Positions 17,119 through 26,327 of a stretch of 32,000 bases of DNA are shown here, piece after piece. The notes under the pieces are model-generated. The model was not told the DNA's origin. It made no database searches and worked only from the letters and a program-made list of their open reading frames with translations. The translations under genes were made by a program, and so were the position numbers. Origin of the DNA: Nitrosomonas europaea (lineage in GTDB: Bacteria; Pseudomonadota; Gammaproteobacteria; Burkholderiales; Nitrosomonadaceae); assembly GCF_900167395.1 (NCBI RefSeq), contig NZ_FUWK01000033.1, positions 1 to 32,000 on the forward strand, written 5' to 3'. The number at the start of each line of letters is the position of its first letter. Position 1 is the stretch's first letter.

Positions 17119-17266
17119 GGTTTATTTCAGACGTTGCTGACAAAACGACGACATTTCGGTTTGTATCATAGCAAAAACACGAACGATTTCTGTTTATATT
17201 CATAGTGCCATACGGTAGAGAGTGCCGTGGGCTGATTGTACCGTGCGAGTGTGGAGGGGATAAATA

Positions 17267-17845
17267 ATGGGTTCCAGAGCGGGTCATCCTTGTTCTTTGA
17301 AGTTGCAGGCAGCGGGTTTGCGCTCCACATCCACACGATTGAGCATACTGAAAGTCCTGGAGGCTGATTCGCAAAGATGGATTGAAGGTGAGGCGATCTT
17401 CAGGGAACTGATTGCACGCGGGACGACCATCAGCCTGGCAACTGTATATCGTGCGCTCAAGGATCTCGATCATCGCGGGGTGCTGTTACGTGAATGGCGC
17501 GTCGGGGCCAGTGGTGGAAAGGCTGTCTACAGGTTGAGCTCGCATGATTTGCAAGATCGTAAAGGAGCCATCGTATGTCGTCAGTGTGGAGCCAGTGTGC
17601 CTATGGACGATTCTGTATTACTGCATGAACACCTGAGACAACTCGCTTCCAGGCATGGTTTTGTCCTGACGGAACAGCCCGTGACGATTCATATGACCTG
17701 TGGTCGTTGTGCAGGGGCGTCAGACAAAAAGGCTCTTCATGAAAAGAATACTTCTCCGACACTTCAACATTCCATGCCATTACTCCCTGCCAGGCGCCGA
17801 AAGAATAAGGCATCTGATGTGACCTGGCCAATTGAGTGCGAGTGA
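17267..17845 (+). CDS. Fur-family regulator paralogue with a degenerate metal-sensing site and a C-terminal extension
   Basis: The winged helix LSILKVLEA...ISLATVYRALKDLDHRGVL and both structural CxxC pairs (CRQC, CGRC) are present. The HHHDH block of E. coli Fur is replaced by SSHDLQDRKGA. The Glu of VFEL reads VYRL. A basic tail of about 45 aa follows the last CxxC. Confidence 0.75.
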   Translation: MGSRAGHPCSLKLQAAGLRSTSTRLSILKVLEADSQRWIEGEAIFRELIARGTTISLATVYRALKDLDHRGVLLREWRVGASGGKAVYRLSSHDLQDRKGAIVCRQCGASVPMDDSVLLHEHLRQLASRHGFVLTEQPVTIHMTCGRCAGASDKKALHEKNTSPTLQHSMPLLPARRRKNKASDVTWPIECE

Positions 17846-17987
17846 AATGAACAGCCAAAATGAAGGGGCGTATGTGCTATACATTTTTCCGGTATTCCCG
17901 GCAGCAGGGAGGGGCATCACACCCGATCCAGCGGATGGGCACGATTCAAAAACAGGAGTATTCAGATGAAAAAACAATGATTGTCAC

Positions 17988-18006
17988 CTGATTGATACTC
18001 ATATTT
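17988..18006. promoter_or_regulatory. Weak Fur-box-like sequence upstream of the TonB-dependent receptor
   Basis: ctgattgatactcatattt matches the Fur consensus at about 11 of 19 positions. A second overlapping partial match (caatgattgtca) lies just upstream. Confidence 0.3.
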
Positions 18007-18077
18007 TCTTTGTATTTACTATTTTTATAACAAAAATTTGGTTTTCAACCAATTATTTAACTTAAGGGAGATTGAAA

Positions 18078-20297
18078 ATGGCAAAGGTGTCTTCTCGTTC
18101 ATGGGGGATATTCCCGATCAGGCCGGTTGTATCTGCATTGACACTGGCTTTTGGTGGGATGGCAGGTGCAAATGCAAGTGAGCCTGTGCCGCTACCTGAA
18201 ATCAAGGTCAAATCAGGGAAAACCAGTGAAAGAAGCAATGAATACAAGGTAGATAAATCTGCCAGTCAGAAATTTACCGCTCCGCTCATTGATACACCCA
18301 AATCGATCACTGTCATTACCGATGAAGTCATCAAGGATAGCGGTTCGCTGACGTTCCAGGATGCGCTGCGGACCACACCGGGGATTACTTTCGGTAGTGG
18401 TGAAGGGGGTATTGCGTCAGGTGATCGCCCGTTCATTCGTGGATTCGACGTTTTTTCATCGATTTATGTGGATGGTTTACGCGATCTCGGTACTCAGACA
18501 CGTGAAATCTTCGCAGTCGAGCAGATGGAAGTACTGAAAGGCCCGAGCGGTAGTTTTGACGGTAGAGGTTCTGCAGGGGGTAGTATCAATATCGTCACCA
18601 AGCAGGCGCGGGCAGGCAACTTTTTCAAGGGTTCTGCCGGGCTCGGTACCGAAAAATTCAAGCGCGGGACAATCGATGGTAATTATACGATTGGGGAAAA
18701 TGTTGCTGTCCGTCTGGTAGGAATGGCACACAAAGCGGATACCCCGGGACGTGATGGCGTCGATGTTGAACGCTGGGGGTTGATGCCTTCCATTACTCTG
18801 GGACTGAATACCGCGACCAGTGCTACCTTCAGCTGGTATCACTTTGAAACGGATGATAAGTCGGACTGGGGAATTCCGTTCATTCAGAATACTGCAAATG
18901 GCGGCATTCCGGAAGGGAAGCCGGTGGGTTCCAGAAGCGCCTGGTATGGTGTTAAGGGCCGGGATTTTCAGGATACTTCAGCCGATATCGGTACATTCAA
19001 AATTTCACATGCATTCAGCGATAATCTGGTCGTGCGCAATACTACGCGCTATAGCATCACGACCAATGAATTCTTCGTCGGTCGCCCTAACATCAGCAGT
19101 GCTGATTTTGCAGCGGGCCTTGTGAACAGGGACGCTACGAGAAACCGTGGCACCAGAACCGAGACGGTTGCCAACCTGACGGATGTATCGTTCATCTTTG
19201 ATACCGGGTTCATCAAACATAGTTTGAATGCCGGTTTCGAAGTCAGTTGGGAAGATTACCGGAATCGCACTTATGCCGGTGGTGCGATTATCAACCCGGC
19301 TGATCGTCTAACGCCGCTGGGTAATCCTGATTCATCAGTTGCGTTCGATCCCGTCACCCGCAACGCGTATCCCAGTGCGGAAATAGAAGCTCATAATAAA
19401 TCGGCTTATATATTCGATAGTATGGAGCTGACAGAAAAAATACTGTTCAATGCCGGTATTCGATTTGATAATTATCAGGTCGATTTACAGAATCGCAATG
19501 CCAGTACCGGTGCCAATACGACTTCTTTCAAGCAAAACAAAAGTTTCTTCAATTATCAGGTAGGGGCTGTTTATAAGATGCAGCCCAATGCGAATATTTA
19601 TGCAGCCTTTGCCACATCTTCTTCACCTGTCGGTTTGTCCATGGGAGATTTCGGTTATGCGGGCGGTGATCTAAATGCTAATACAGAAAGTTTGAAGCCA
19701 GAACGTACCGAAACTTATGAAGTAGGTACCAAGTGGCATGTATTGCACGATCTGGCGCTGACTGCCGCAGTGTTCCACACGATCAAAACCAATGCACGCG
19801 TCAACGTGGGCCCATCTGTTGAGAATGCAGGTAGAGCTGTAGTGAATGGTTTTGAACTTGGTTTTGCAGGGAATGTGACTGATAAGTGGAATGTATTCGG
19901 GGGGTATACCTTCCTCGATGCGGAACAGACTCGGGTAGGCGACAGCACCGATCAGAATGCAGTGGGTTCAGCCGGCAGTAAAGGTAAACAGCTGCATGGC
20001 ACTCCCAAACATGCTGCCAGCTTCTGGTCTACCTACAAGGTGTTGCCACGTGTAACGCTCGGTGGCGGGTTATTCTATACCGGCAAGGTATATGCTGATC
20101 CCAGTAACAATGGCTATCTCCCGTCCTATGTGCGTTTCGACCTGATGGCAAAATATAACATTAGCCAGAATCTGGACGTGCAGTTGAATGTTCAGAATCT
20201 GACGGACAAACGTTATTTCAATACGACCTATTTTCGCCACTATGCTATACCGGCACCGGGACGTGTTGCGTTTGTCAACCTGAACTTAAAATTCTGA
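18078..20297 (+). CDS. TonB-dependent siderophore receptor
   Basis: Signal peptide, then a plug domain (PKSITVITDEVIKDSG..., FRGF, EVLKGPS) and a 22-strand-type barrel. C-terminus NLTDKRYF...PGRVAFVNLNLKF with a terminal Phe. ATG 18078 has GGGAG 7 nt upstream; the TTG at 18072 is less likely. Confidence 0.9.
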   Translation: MAKVSSRSWGIFPIRPVVSALTLAFGGMAGANASEPVPLPEIKVKSGKTSERSNEYKVDKSASQKFTAPLIDTPKSITVITDEVIKDSGSLTFQDALRTTPGITFGSGEGGIASGDRPFIRGFDVFSSIYVDGLRDLGTQTREIFAVEQMEVLKGPSGSFDGRGSAGGSINIVTKQARAGNFFKGSAGLGTEKFKRGTIDGNYTIGENVAVRLVGMAHKADTPGRDGVDVERWGLMPSITLGLNTATSATFSWYHFETDDKSDWGIPFIQNTANGGIPEGKPVGSRSAWYGVKGRDFQDTSADIGTFKISHAFSDNLVVRNTTRYSITTNEFFVGRPNISSADFAAGLVNRDATRNRGTRTETVANLTDVSFIFDTGFIKHSLNAGFEVSWEDYRNRTYAGGAIINPADRLTPLGNPDSSVAFDPVTRNAYPSAEIEAHNKSAYIFDSMELTEKILFNAGIRFDNYQVDLQNRNASTGANTTSFKQNKSFFNYQVGAVYKMQPNANIYAAFATSSSPVGLSMGDFGYAGGDLNANTESLKPERTETYEVGTKWHVLHDLALTAAVFHTIKTNARVNVGPSVENAGRAVVNGFELGFAGNVTDKWNVFGGYTFLDAEQTRVGDSTDQNAVGSAGSKGKQLHGTPKHAASFWSTYKVLPRVTLGGGLFYTGKVYADPSNNGYLPSYVRFDLMAKYNISQNLDVQLNVQNLTDKRYFNTTYFRHYAIPAPGRVAFVNLNLKF

Positions 20298-20351
20298 TGT
20301 TGTATGGCCGGCAGATAAGTATCCTGCCAGTCGGGTGAATACAAACCTGGG

Positions 20352-20388
20352 CAACCTCTGCGGGAATTTATTTCCGCAGAGGTTGTTT
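20352..20388 (+). terminator. Probable intrinsic terminator / palindromic element between the convergent receptor and selU genes
   Basis: 12-bp perfect stem caacctctgcgg (20352-20363) / ccgcagaggttg (20374-20385) followed by ttt. The T tract is short. Confidence 0.5.
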
Positions 20389-20448
20389 GGCTGTGACCAG
20401 ATGTGCCGCTATTGGGCTCAATATTGCGGGACTGCGTAATATAGAGCC

Positions 20449-21606
20449 TTATTTACGAGCCTGAAGATAATCCATTACGGCCTGCCCCGATCCTTTGAAA
20501 CAGGGGTTTACGCGACGGCGCTGCAGTGATCCGAGATACAGTGGGTCGTAGTAGTATCTCACCAGTTTTTCGATCCAGATTTTGTTCGATTGAATTTCAT
20601 TTTTGTTTTCAAAGTCGGATCGTGCATTTTCCAGATCTTCTGACACTTCCTGAAATCTGTCTCCTCCCAGTTTCTTACTGATTGCCTGCAAGGCACCGGC
20701 GTATTTGTCAAATAGCTGCCTTGCCTGCTGACGCAGTATTTCCCGAGTTTCAACCGTTGAAGCCAGTGGCGGGATCGCTTGCCGAATCCGTTGTGCCTGG
20801 CCGATCGGTGTAGTGAGGATGTAATCCTCAAAAATGTTATCTACTCGGGTGGCAAGGGGTTCATCTACCCAGATGATTTCCGAATTGCGCAGATGATGGA
20901 AAAAACTGTCAGGCAAATATACTTTGCCGGTATGCCGGCTTTCATCTTCCACGATTACCGGTTCAGACAGGTTGTTTTGTTCCAGCTTGAGCAGGTTGAC
21001 GGCCAGGTGGTTTTCGAAATCGATTTGTGAAGGTTGAGGAACAGACATTCCGCCGAAGGCGGAGCCGCGATGCCGGGCAAGGGCTTCGATGTCGAGGACT
21101 GGATGACTGTTGCTGATGTCGTGGATCAGCCGAGTTTTGCCGCTGCCCGTCGGCCCGGTAATCACCAGCAGTTTACGATGTTCACTGAACCGGTCGATGG
21201 TACTGATTAAAAATTGTCTTGCCCGTTTATAACCGCCGGTGATCAGGGGGCTGTCAATACCGGTATCCCTCAGCCATTGCTGTGTGATCTGTGAACGCTT
21301 GCCCCCACGGAAACAATACAGTATGGCTCGAGGGTGCTGATGGATGAAATCGAGCCACTGCTGCAGTCGATTTTGTTTGACTGAACCCGAAACCATCTCA
21401 TAGCCCAGTTTGATGGCCGCTTCAGAGCCTTGTTGCTTGTAGGTGGTGCCGACAAGGGCACGTTCCTCATCGTTGAGGATGGGCAGATTGACTGCACCGG
21501 GCAGAGATCCTTGCGTGAACTCGACGGGTGCACGTACGTCGATCAGCGGCGTATCTGCTATGAATAAGGCCGTCAGGTCATCGATGCCGATGTCTGGATT
21601 ACGCAA
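20449..21606 (-). CDS. selU: tRNA 2-selenouridine synthase
   Basis: N-terminal rhodanese domain with the active-site loop YCFRGGKRS, and P-loop GPTGSGKT. ADTPLIDVRAPVEFTQGSLPGAVNLPILNDEERALVGTTYKQQG parallels E. coli SelU/MnmH (YbbB). The only available start is TTG 21606, which overlaps the selD 3' end by 8 nt. Confidence 0.85.
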   Translation of the reverse strand: MRNPDIGIDDLTALFIADTPLIDVRAPVEFTQGSLPGAVNLPILNDEERALVGTTYKQQGSEAAIKLGYEMVSGSVKQNRLQQWLDFIHQHPRAILYCFRGGKRSQITQQWLRDTGIDSPLITGGYKRARQFLISTIDRFSEHRKLLVITGPTGSGKTRLIHDISNSHPVLDIEALARHRGSAFGGMSVPQPSQIDFENHLAVNLLKLEQNNLSEPVIVEDESRHTGKVYLPDSFFHHLRNSEIIWVDEPLATRVDNIFEDYILTTPIGQAQRIRQAIPPLASTVETREILRQQARQLFDKYAGALQAISKKLGGDRFQEVSEDLENARSDFENKNEIQSNKIWIEKLVRYYYDPLYLGSLQRRRVNPCFKGSGQAVMDYLQARK

Positions 21607-22648
21607 ACTGTACCGCTTTGTCTTGATGGGGGTGAACGGTTCCCACTATGACGGCAGACGGGAACCGGGTGTGCAACGCCTGCAGCATGGTCTGACTGGT
21701 TTCGGGTGCTACACTCAGCAGCAAACCGCCGCTGGTCTGCGGGTCATGGATCAGTAGTTTATGCAGCGCATCCAGTGTTGAATCGTCGATGTGTGGTGTG
21801 GTGTATTCCGCGTTTGTCCGGTGTGCTTTGGTCAGGCAACCGTTTTCCAGGCAATGGAAAGTCTTGTCAAACCGGGGGAGGTTGCCGGTTTCGATGCACA
21901 GGGTGACATCACTGGCATTCGCCAGTTGCATGGCGTGGCCGGAAAAACCGAATCCCGTGATGTCGGTGGCAGCGTGAATGGATGCCTGTAAATCCGGCGA
22001 CATGCAGTCGATAGCGTTATTGATGGCTGTCATGCTATCGAGCGCTTCGATGATGTCTTCCTCACGCAGTTGCTGTCGTTTCACTGCGGCTGTCATGGTG
22101 CCCGTTCCCAGCGCCTTGGTCAGAATCAGATGATCTCCGGGTCTGGCGCCAGCGTTGGTCCATACCTGACGAGGATTGACAAACCCGGTGACCGACAGGC
22201 CAAACTTCAGGGTGTCATCGTCGATCGAATGGCCTCCAACGAAATTGGCACCAGCTTCGGCAATCTTGTCGCTGGCGCCTTGCAGAACATCGACGATGAC
22301 CTGTTCGGGCAGAGCCGCCAGCGGAAATGCCAGAATACCCATGGCTGTCACCGGTCTGCCGCCCATGGCATAAACATCGCTGAGCGCATTGGCGGCAGCG
22401 ATTTCACCGAAAAGCTTCGGGGTATCGACGATTGGCGTGAAGAAATCCAACGTCTGTACCAGAGCAGTTTCTTCATTGACCCGGTAGATGGCAGCATCGT
22501 CGAAATACCGGCCATCCACCATCAGTGCGGGGTGCGCAGCTGGAAAACCGACCTGCTGCAAAATCCGGCGCAGTTCCGTTGCTGCAACCTTGGCAGCACA
22601 CCCGCCTTTCTGTACCGTCTGGGTCAGTGCAATTTTTTCTGAGGGCAT
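21599..22648 (-). CDS. selD: Selenide, water dikinase (selenophosphate synthetase), Cys-type
   Basis: N-terminal loop TQTVQKGGCAAKV (Cys, not Sec, at the catalytic position) and the AIR-synthase-like fold motifs. The ORF is open to 22741, but ATG 22648 (MPSEKIALTQ...) gives the canonical length of about 349 aa. Confidence 0.9.
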   Translation of the reverse strand: MPSEKIALTQTVQKGGCAAKVAATELRRILQQVGFPAAHPALMVDGRYFDDAAIYRVNEETALVQTLDFFTPIVDTPKLFGEIAAANALSDVYAMGGRPVTAMGILAFPLAALPEQVIVDVLQGASDKIAEAGANFVGGHSIDDDTLKFGLSVTGFVNPRQVWTNAGARPGDHLILTKALGTGTMTAAVKRQQLREEDIIEALDSMTAINNAIDCMSPDLQASIHAATDITGFGFSGHAMQLANASDVTLCIETGNLPRFDKTFHCLENGCLTKAHRTNAEYTTPHIDDSTLDALHKLLIHDPQTSGGLLLSVAPETSQTMLQALHTRFPSAVIVGTVHPHQDKAVQFA

Positions 22649-22845
22649 GATTGTTCGAAAGAGAAAGCGTTCTTGAGAGGAAGAAGGTATAGGGAATGAG
22701 GTTGATGTGTCAAATACTCCGGCAGTACCGGCCCATGGCAAATTCAGTGGAATTGCGGTTGTCTGCTGGCGGACTGAAACCCCATGGTCGGTGACGGTAT
22801 ATAATAGCGCCAGGGTTAACCTGTCTCGTTATCAATAATTCTGCC

Positions 22846-24786
22846 ATGCCACTTCTTACGCTCGACAACGCCTGCCTGGCTTTTGGTCATCATGCTTTAC
22901 TCGATCATGCCGCGCTTCAACTCGACCCGGGTGAACGGATCGGGCTGATCGGGCGCAATGGTGCCGGTAAATCCAGCCTGTTACGCGTTCTGGCAGGTGA
23001 GATCAAGCTGGATGATGGACAACTGTGGGTGGCGCCAGGGATGAATGTCGCCTACATCCCGCAGGAACCGACGCTGGATGAGAGCGCATCCGTATTTGCC
23101 GAAGTGGCGCGCGGCCTGGGTACGCTGGCGCAGACTCTGCTGGATTATCATGAAGTTTCTCACGCACTGGGAGAGGAGGGGGCGGATACCAAAGCACTGC
23201 TCGATCGCATGCAGCATTTGCAGGGAGTGCTGGAAGCCCAAAATGGCTGGAGTCTGCATCATAAGGTGGAAACAGTGATCAACCGGCTCGAACTGCCGGA
23301 AGATGCCATTGCGGGCACATTGTCAGGGGGGGCCAGAAAACGGGTGGCGCTGGCACGGGCACTGGTTGTATCGCCAAACGTGCTGTTGCTGGATGAACCC
23401 ACTAATCATCTGGATTTTTCCTCCATCGAATGGCTGGAAGAAACATTGCAGAATTTTCCCGGCAGCGTGATTTTCATTACCCATGACCGGCGTTTTCTGG
23501 ATAACGTGGCGACCCGTATCATTGAACTGGATCGCGGTGAGCTGAAAAGTTTTGCTGGTAATTTCTCTGCATATCAGCAAAAGAAAGCTGAATTGATGGA
23601 AGTCGAATCGGTTCATAACAGAAAGTTCGATAAGGTACTGGATCAGGAGGAAGTCTGGATACGCAAAGGCATTCAGGCCAGACGCACCCGCAACGAGGGC
23701 AGGGTAAGAAGGCTGGAAGCACTGAGATTGGAACGTGCTGCCCGGCGGGAGCGGATCGGTAATGTCAATTTCCGGGTGGATGCCGGGCAGCATTCCGGGC
23801 AGCTGGTCGCGGAACTGGAGCATGTGACCAAAAGTTTTGGAGATAAGACCATCATTCAGGATTTTTCCTGTCGCATCATGCGGGGTGATCGTATCGGATT
23901 GCTGGGCCCCAATGGTGCTGGTAAATCTACCCTGCTGAAACTGATACTGGGCGAATTGCAGCCGGATAGCGGGATGGTTCGGCTGGGTACCCGCTTGTCC
24001 GTTGCCTATTTTGATCAGTTGCGAGAGCAGCTGAATGAAGATATGACGCTGGTCGATTCCATCAGCCAGGGCTCGGAGTTTATTGAAATCGATGGTAAGC
24101 GTAGGCATGTCATCAGTTATCTGGAGGATTTCCTGTTTCCGCCTCAGCGTGCCCGCTCACCCGTGAAATCTCTGTCCGGTGGTGAACGCAACCGGTTGTT
24201 GCTCGCTCGCCTGTTTACGCGTCCGGCCAATGTGCTGATTCTGGATGAGCCTACCAATGATCTCGATATCGAGACGCTCGAATTACTGGAAACGTTATTG
24301 CAGGACTATACCGGCACACTTTTTCTGGTCAGCCATGATCGTGCCTTCATTGATAATGTGGTTACTCAGGCCATCGTATTTGAAGGAAACGGGCATTTGC
24401 GTGAATATGCCGGCGGCTATCAGGAATGGCTGCAATCCAGATCAGCTACGAAAGCCATCCGAAAAGAGAACAGTGATTCTCCCGTGCCGGTAGCCGGACT
24501 CGGCCAGATCAGGAAAGACAAGTCATCCCTTCCTGCCGGTTTGAGTTATCAGGAGACAAATGAGCTTGCAGCGCTGCCGGGGAAAATCGATGTACTCGAA
24601 CAAGAGCAGATAGTGGTTACCCGGAAACTGAGTGATCCTGCCCTTTACAAGAATAACCATAATGAAGCAATGGAATTGCAGGCGCGTGCTGCAGCACTGG
24701 AAAAGGAGCTTTCCCTATACTATACTCGCTGGGAGGCGCTGGAACATAAGCAGACCATGGCAGAATCAGCCCGCAAGAAGAACTAG
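22846..24786 (+). CDS. uup: ABC-F family ATPase Uup
   Basis: Two NBDs (GRNGAGKSS / GPNGAGKST, LSGG signatures), the inter-domain linker QEEVWIRKGIQARRTRNEGRVRRLE, and a C-terminal coiled coil. Collinear with E. coli Uup. Confidence 0.9.
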   Translation: MPLLTLDNACLAFGHHALLDHAALQLDPGERIGLIGRNGAGKSSLLRVLAGEIKLDDGQLWVAPGMNVAYIPQEPTLDESASVFAEVARGLGTLAQTLLDYHEVSHALGEEGADTKALLDRMQHLQGVLEAQNGWSLHHKVETVINRLELPEDAIAGTLSGGARKRVALARALVVSPNVLLLDEPTNHLDFSSIEWLEETLQNFPGSVIFITHDRRFLDNVATRIIELDRGELKSFAGNFSAYQQKKAELMEVESVHNRKFDKVLDQEEVWIRKGIQARRTRNEGRVRRLEALRLERAARRERIGNVNFRVDAGQHSGQLVAELEHVTKSFGDKTIIQDFSCRIMRGDRIGLLGPNGAGKSTLLKLILGELQPDSGMVRLGTRLSVAYFDQLREQLNEDMTLVDSISQGSEFIEIDGKRRHVISYLEDFLFPPQRARSPVKSLSGGERNRLLLARLFTRPANVLILDEPTNDLDIETLELLETLLQDYTGTLFLVSHDRAFIDNVVTQAIVFEGNGHLREYAGGYQEWLQSRSATKAIRKENSDSPVPVAGLGQIRKDKSSLPAGLSYQETNELAALPGKIDVLEQEQIVVTRKLSDPALYKNNHNEAMELQARAAALEKELSLYYTRWEALEHKQTMAESARKKN

Positions 24787-24838
24787 AAAAATAAATTTCC
24801 TTATACACAACAGGGACATAGCGATAGGCTTCATTGAC

Positions 24839-24873
24839 TAAACGACCCCCATCGTTTAAAGTTCGCTTTTTTT
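24839..24873 (+). terminator. Possible uup terminator
   Basis: 7-bp stem taaacga/tcgttta (24839-24858) with a T7 run at 24867-24873. The T run is 8 nt from the stem, so this is weak. Confidence 0.3.
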
Positions 24874-24890
24874 GAGAGGAGGATGCAAAA

Positions 24891-25217
24891 GTGAAAAAGG
24901 CAGCAGCCATTAAACTACTTATCGCTTCTGGCATGATTCTGTCGTTTTCCGGCATGGCAAGTGCAGCCGGGAATACTGATTCGGTCCAGAGCAAAATTGT
25001 CATGTGCCAAGGCTGTCATGGTATAGAGGGATATCGTACTGCGTACCCACATGTTTATCATGTGCCAAAACTGGGTGGACAGCATTCAGCTTACCTGGTC
25101 AAAGCACTGAAAGATTACAGATCCGGAGAGCGTAACCATCCAACCATGGTTGGTATTGCAGGGACACTTTCCGATGAGGATATCGATGCGTTGGCTGCTT
25201 ATTACGCCGGTAATTGA
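24891..25217 (+). CDS. Monohaem class I cytochrome c (cytochrome c4 half-domain-like)
   Basis: GTG start 8 nt after AGGAGG. Signal peptide, CQGCH haem site, PKLGGQ...Y, and the Met ligand in HPTM. Confidence 0.85.
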   Translation: MKKAAAIKLLIASGMILSFSGMASAAGNTDSVQSKIVMCQGCHGIEGYRTAYPHVYHVPKLGGQHSAYLVKALKDYRSGERNHPTMVGIAGTLSDEDIDALAAYYAGN

Positions 25218-25250
25218 TTACTCTTCTTAATCCAGGGGGATATAAACAAC

Positions 25251-25577
25251 ATGAAAAGCTATTTGGTGGCCGCAGTCAGCGGGTTGATATTTTTTTTATC
25301 GGGACAGGTAAGCGCAGCAGATATTGAAGCCGGGAAAAAGAAAGCAGAGGAGATATGCTCATCCTGTCACGGTCTGGATGGCAACAGTCCGGTGCCAATG
25401 TTTCCGAAAATTGGCGGCCAGCCCAGAACCTACATCGAGAAAGTATTGAAAGATTACAAATCAGGGGTACGTAAGGATCCGGTCATGGCTGGTATGGCAG
25501 CTGCCTTGAGTGCGGAAGATATCGACAATCTGGCGTTTTACTATTCCAGCCAGTCAGGATTACAAGTCAAGCGGTAA
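25251..25577 (+). CDS. Monohaem class I cytochrome c (second c4 half-domain-like paralogue)
   Basis: Signal peptide, CSSCH, PKIGGQ...Y, DPVM. Same 108-aa length as the upstream gene and collinear with it. Confidence 0.85.
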   Translation: MKSYLVAAVSGLIFFLSGQVSAADIEAGKKKAEEICSSCHGLDGNSPVPMFPKIGGQPRTYIEKVLKDYKSGVRKDPVMAGMAAALSAEDIDNLAFYYSSQSGLQVKR

Positions 25578-25608
25578 AACCGCTTCCGTTATTTATACGG
25601 AGGCTGAG

Positions 25609-25652
25609 AAGCGGAGTGTGTCCCGGGGTCGGGTACATTCCGCTTTTTTATT
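25609..25652 (+). terminator. Intrinsic terminator after the cytochrome c pair (overlaps the stop of the convergent DUF1841 gene)
   Basis: Stem aagcggagtgt (25609-25619) / acattccgctt (25635-25645) with one mismatch, followed by ttttta-ttt. Confidence 0.6.
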
Positions 25653-26085
25653 TGTTTCCAATGCGTTTATCCATACATTCAAGATAAATTCCAGCATCAG
25701 GCGCAGTCTGGTTGCGCTGTGAATGCCAGAGCATCTCTGCAAGGCATTCCATTACGTGATGCATCGCTTCGTGTTCATCTCCCTGCAATCTGGTTTTCAG
25801 TTGCTCAAAACGCTGCAAGATACCAGCCGGCTGATCAATGGCAAGCTGCTCGCGGATAGCGACATGCATACTCATGTGCAGAAAGGGATTCGTCTCACCC
25901 AGTTCAGGCGGGAAGTCTTTGTCGAGATAACGTTCCACGTCCTGCAGCATGGAATGATATTCCGGGTGCTGCAGAATGACTTCCAGCGCAATGGTTTCCA
26001 TGCCGGATAACGGTTCTTTTCGATGATATTTCTGCCAGGTATCAAAAAACAGCCGGCGTGCTTGATCTCTCGATGGGTTGAACAT
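25648..26085 (-). CDS. DUF1841 family protein
   Basis: MFNPSRDQARRLFFDTWQKY...HPEYH...NPFLHMSMHVAIREQL is typical of DUF1841. The ORF is open to 26205, but ATG 26085 gives the usual length of about 145 aa. Confidence 0.75.
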   Translation of the reverse strand: MFNPSRDQARRLFFDTWQKYHRKEPLSGMETIALEVILQHPEYHSMLQDVERYLDKDFPPELGETNPFLHMSMHVAIREQLAIDQPAGILQRFEQLKTRLQGDEHEAMHHVMECLAEMLWHSQRNQTAPDAGIYLECMDKRIGNK

Positions 26086-26327
26086 TACCGCAGATTTTGT
26101 AAAGGGTGATACCAGAAGATGACAGGATAATTCTGCTGTCATCATACACCGAAGAAAACATGATTTCCGGTAAAGGTGGAACTGCGCAATTTCAACCTGA
26201 TTCATGACGGGTGCATGAATATCCCTGCCCTGATTTGATCGGGTAGGTTTGAAGTGCTTACCTTTCCTGATCGATGGAGTACACTAGACTGGCAACACTC
26301 GTGTTTTCTGTCAACGGATGTTTTTTA

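Noticed and set aside
17966-17980. Mini-ORF MKKQ-stop with a canonical AGGAG 7 nt upstream, just 5' of the Fur-box-like sequence and the receptor gene
   Set aside because: Four codons can easily arise by chance in an AT-rich leader. There is no evidence for a leader-peptide mechanism in TonB-dependent receptor regulation. I note it only in case ribosome profiling shows occupancy.
23323-24108. 261-aa antisense ORF within uup. Similar antisense ORFs occur at 28993-29874 (flavoprotein), 22070-22642 (selD), 1921-2364 (yraN), 11124-11594 (YeiH-like) and 393-825 (CSD gene).
   Set aside because: Each lies opposite a gene with strong, collinear homology to a known family. Their translations are compositionally odd and motif-free.
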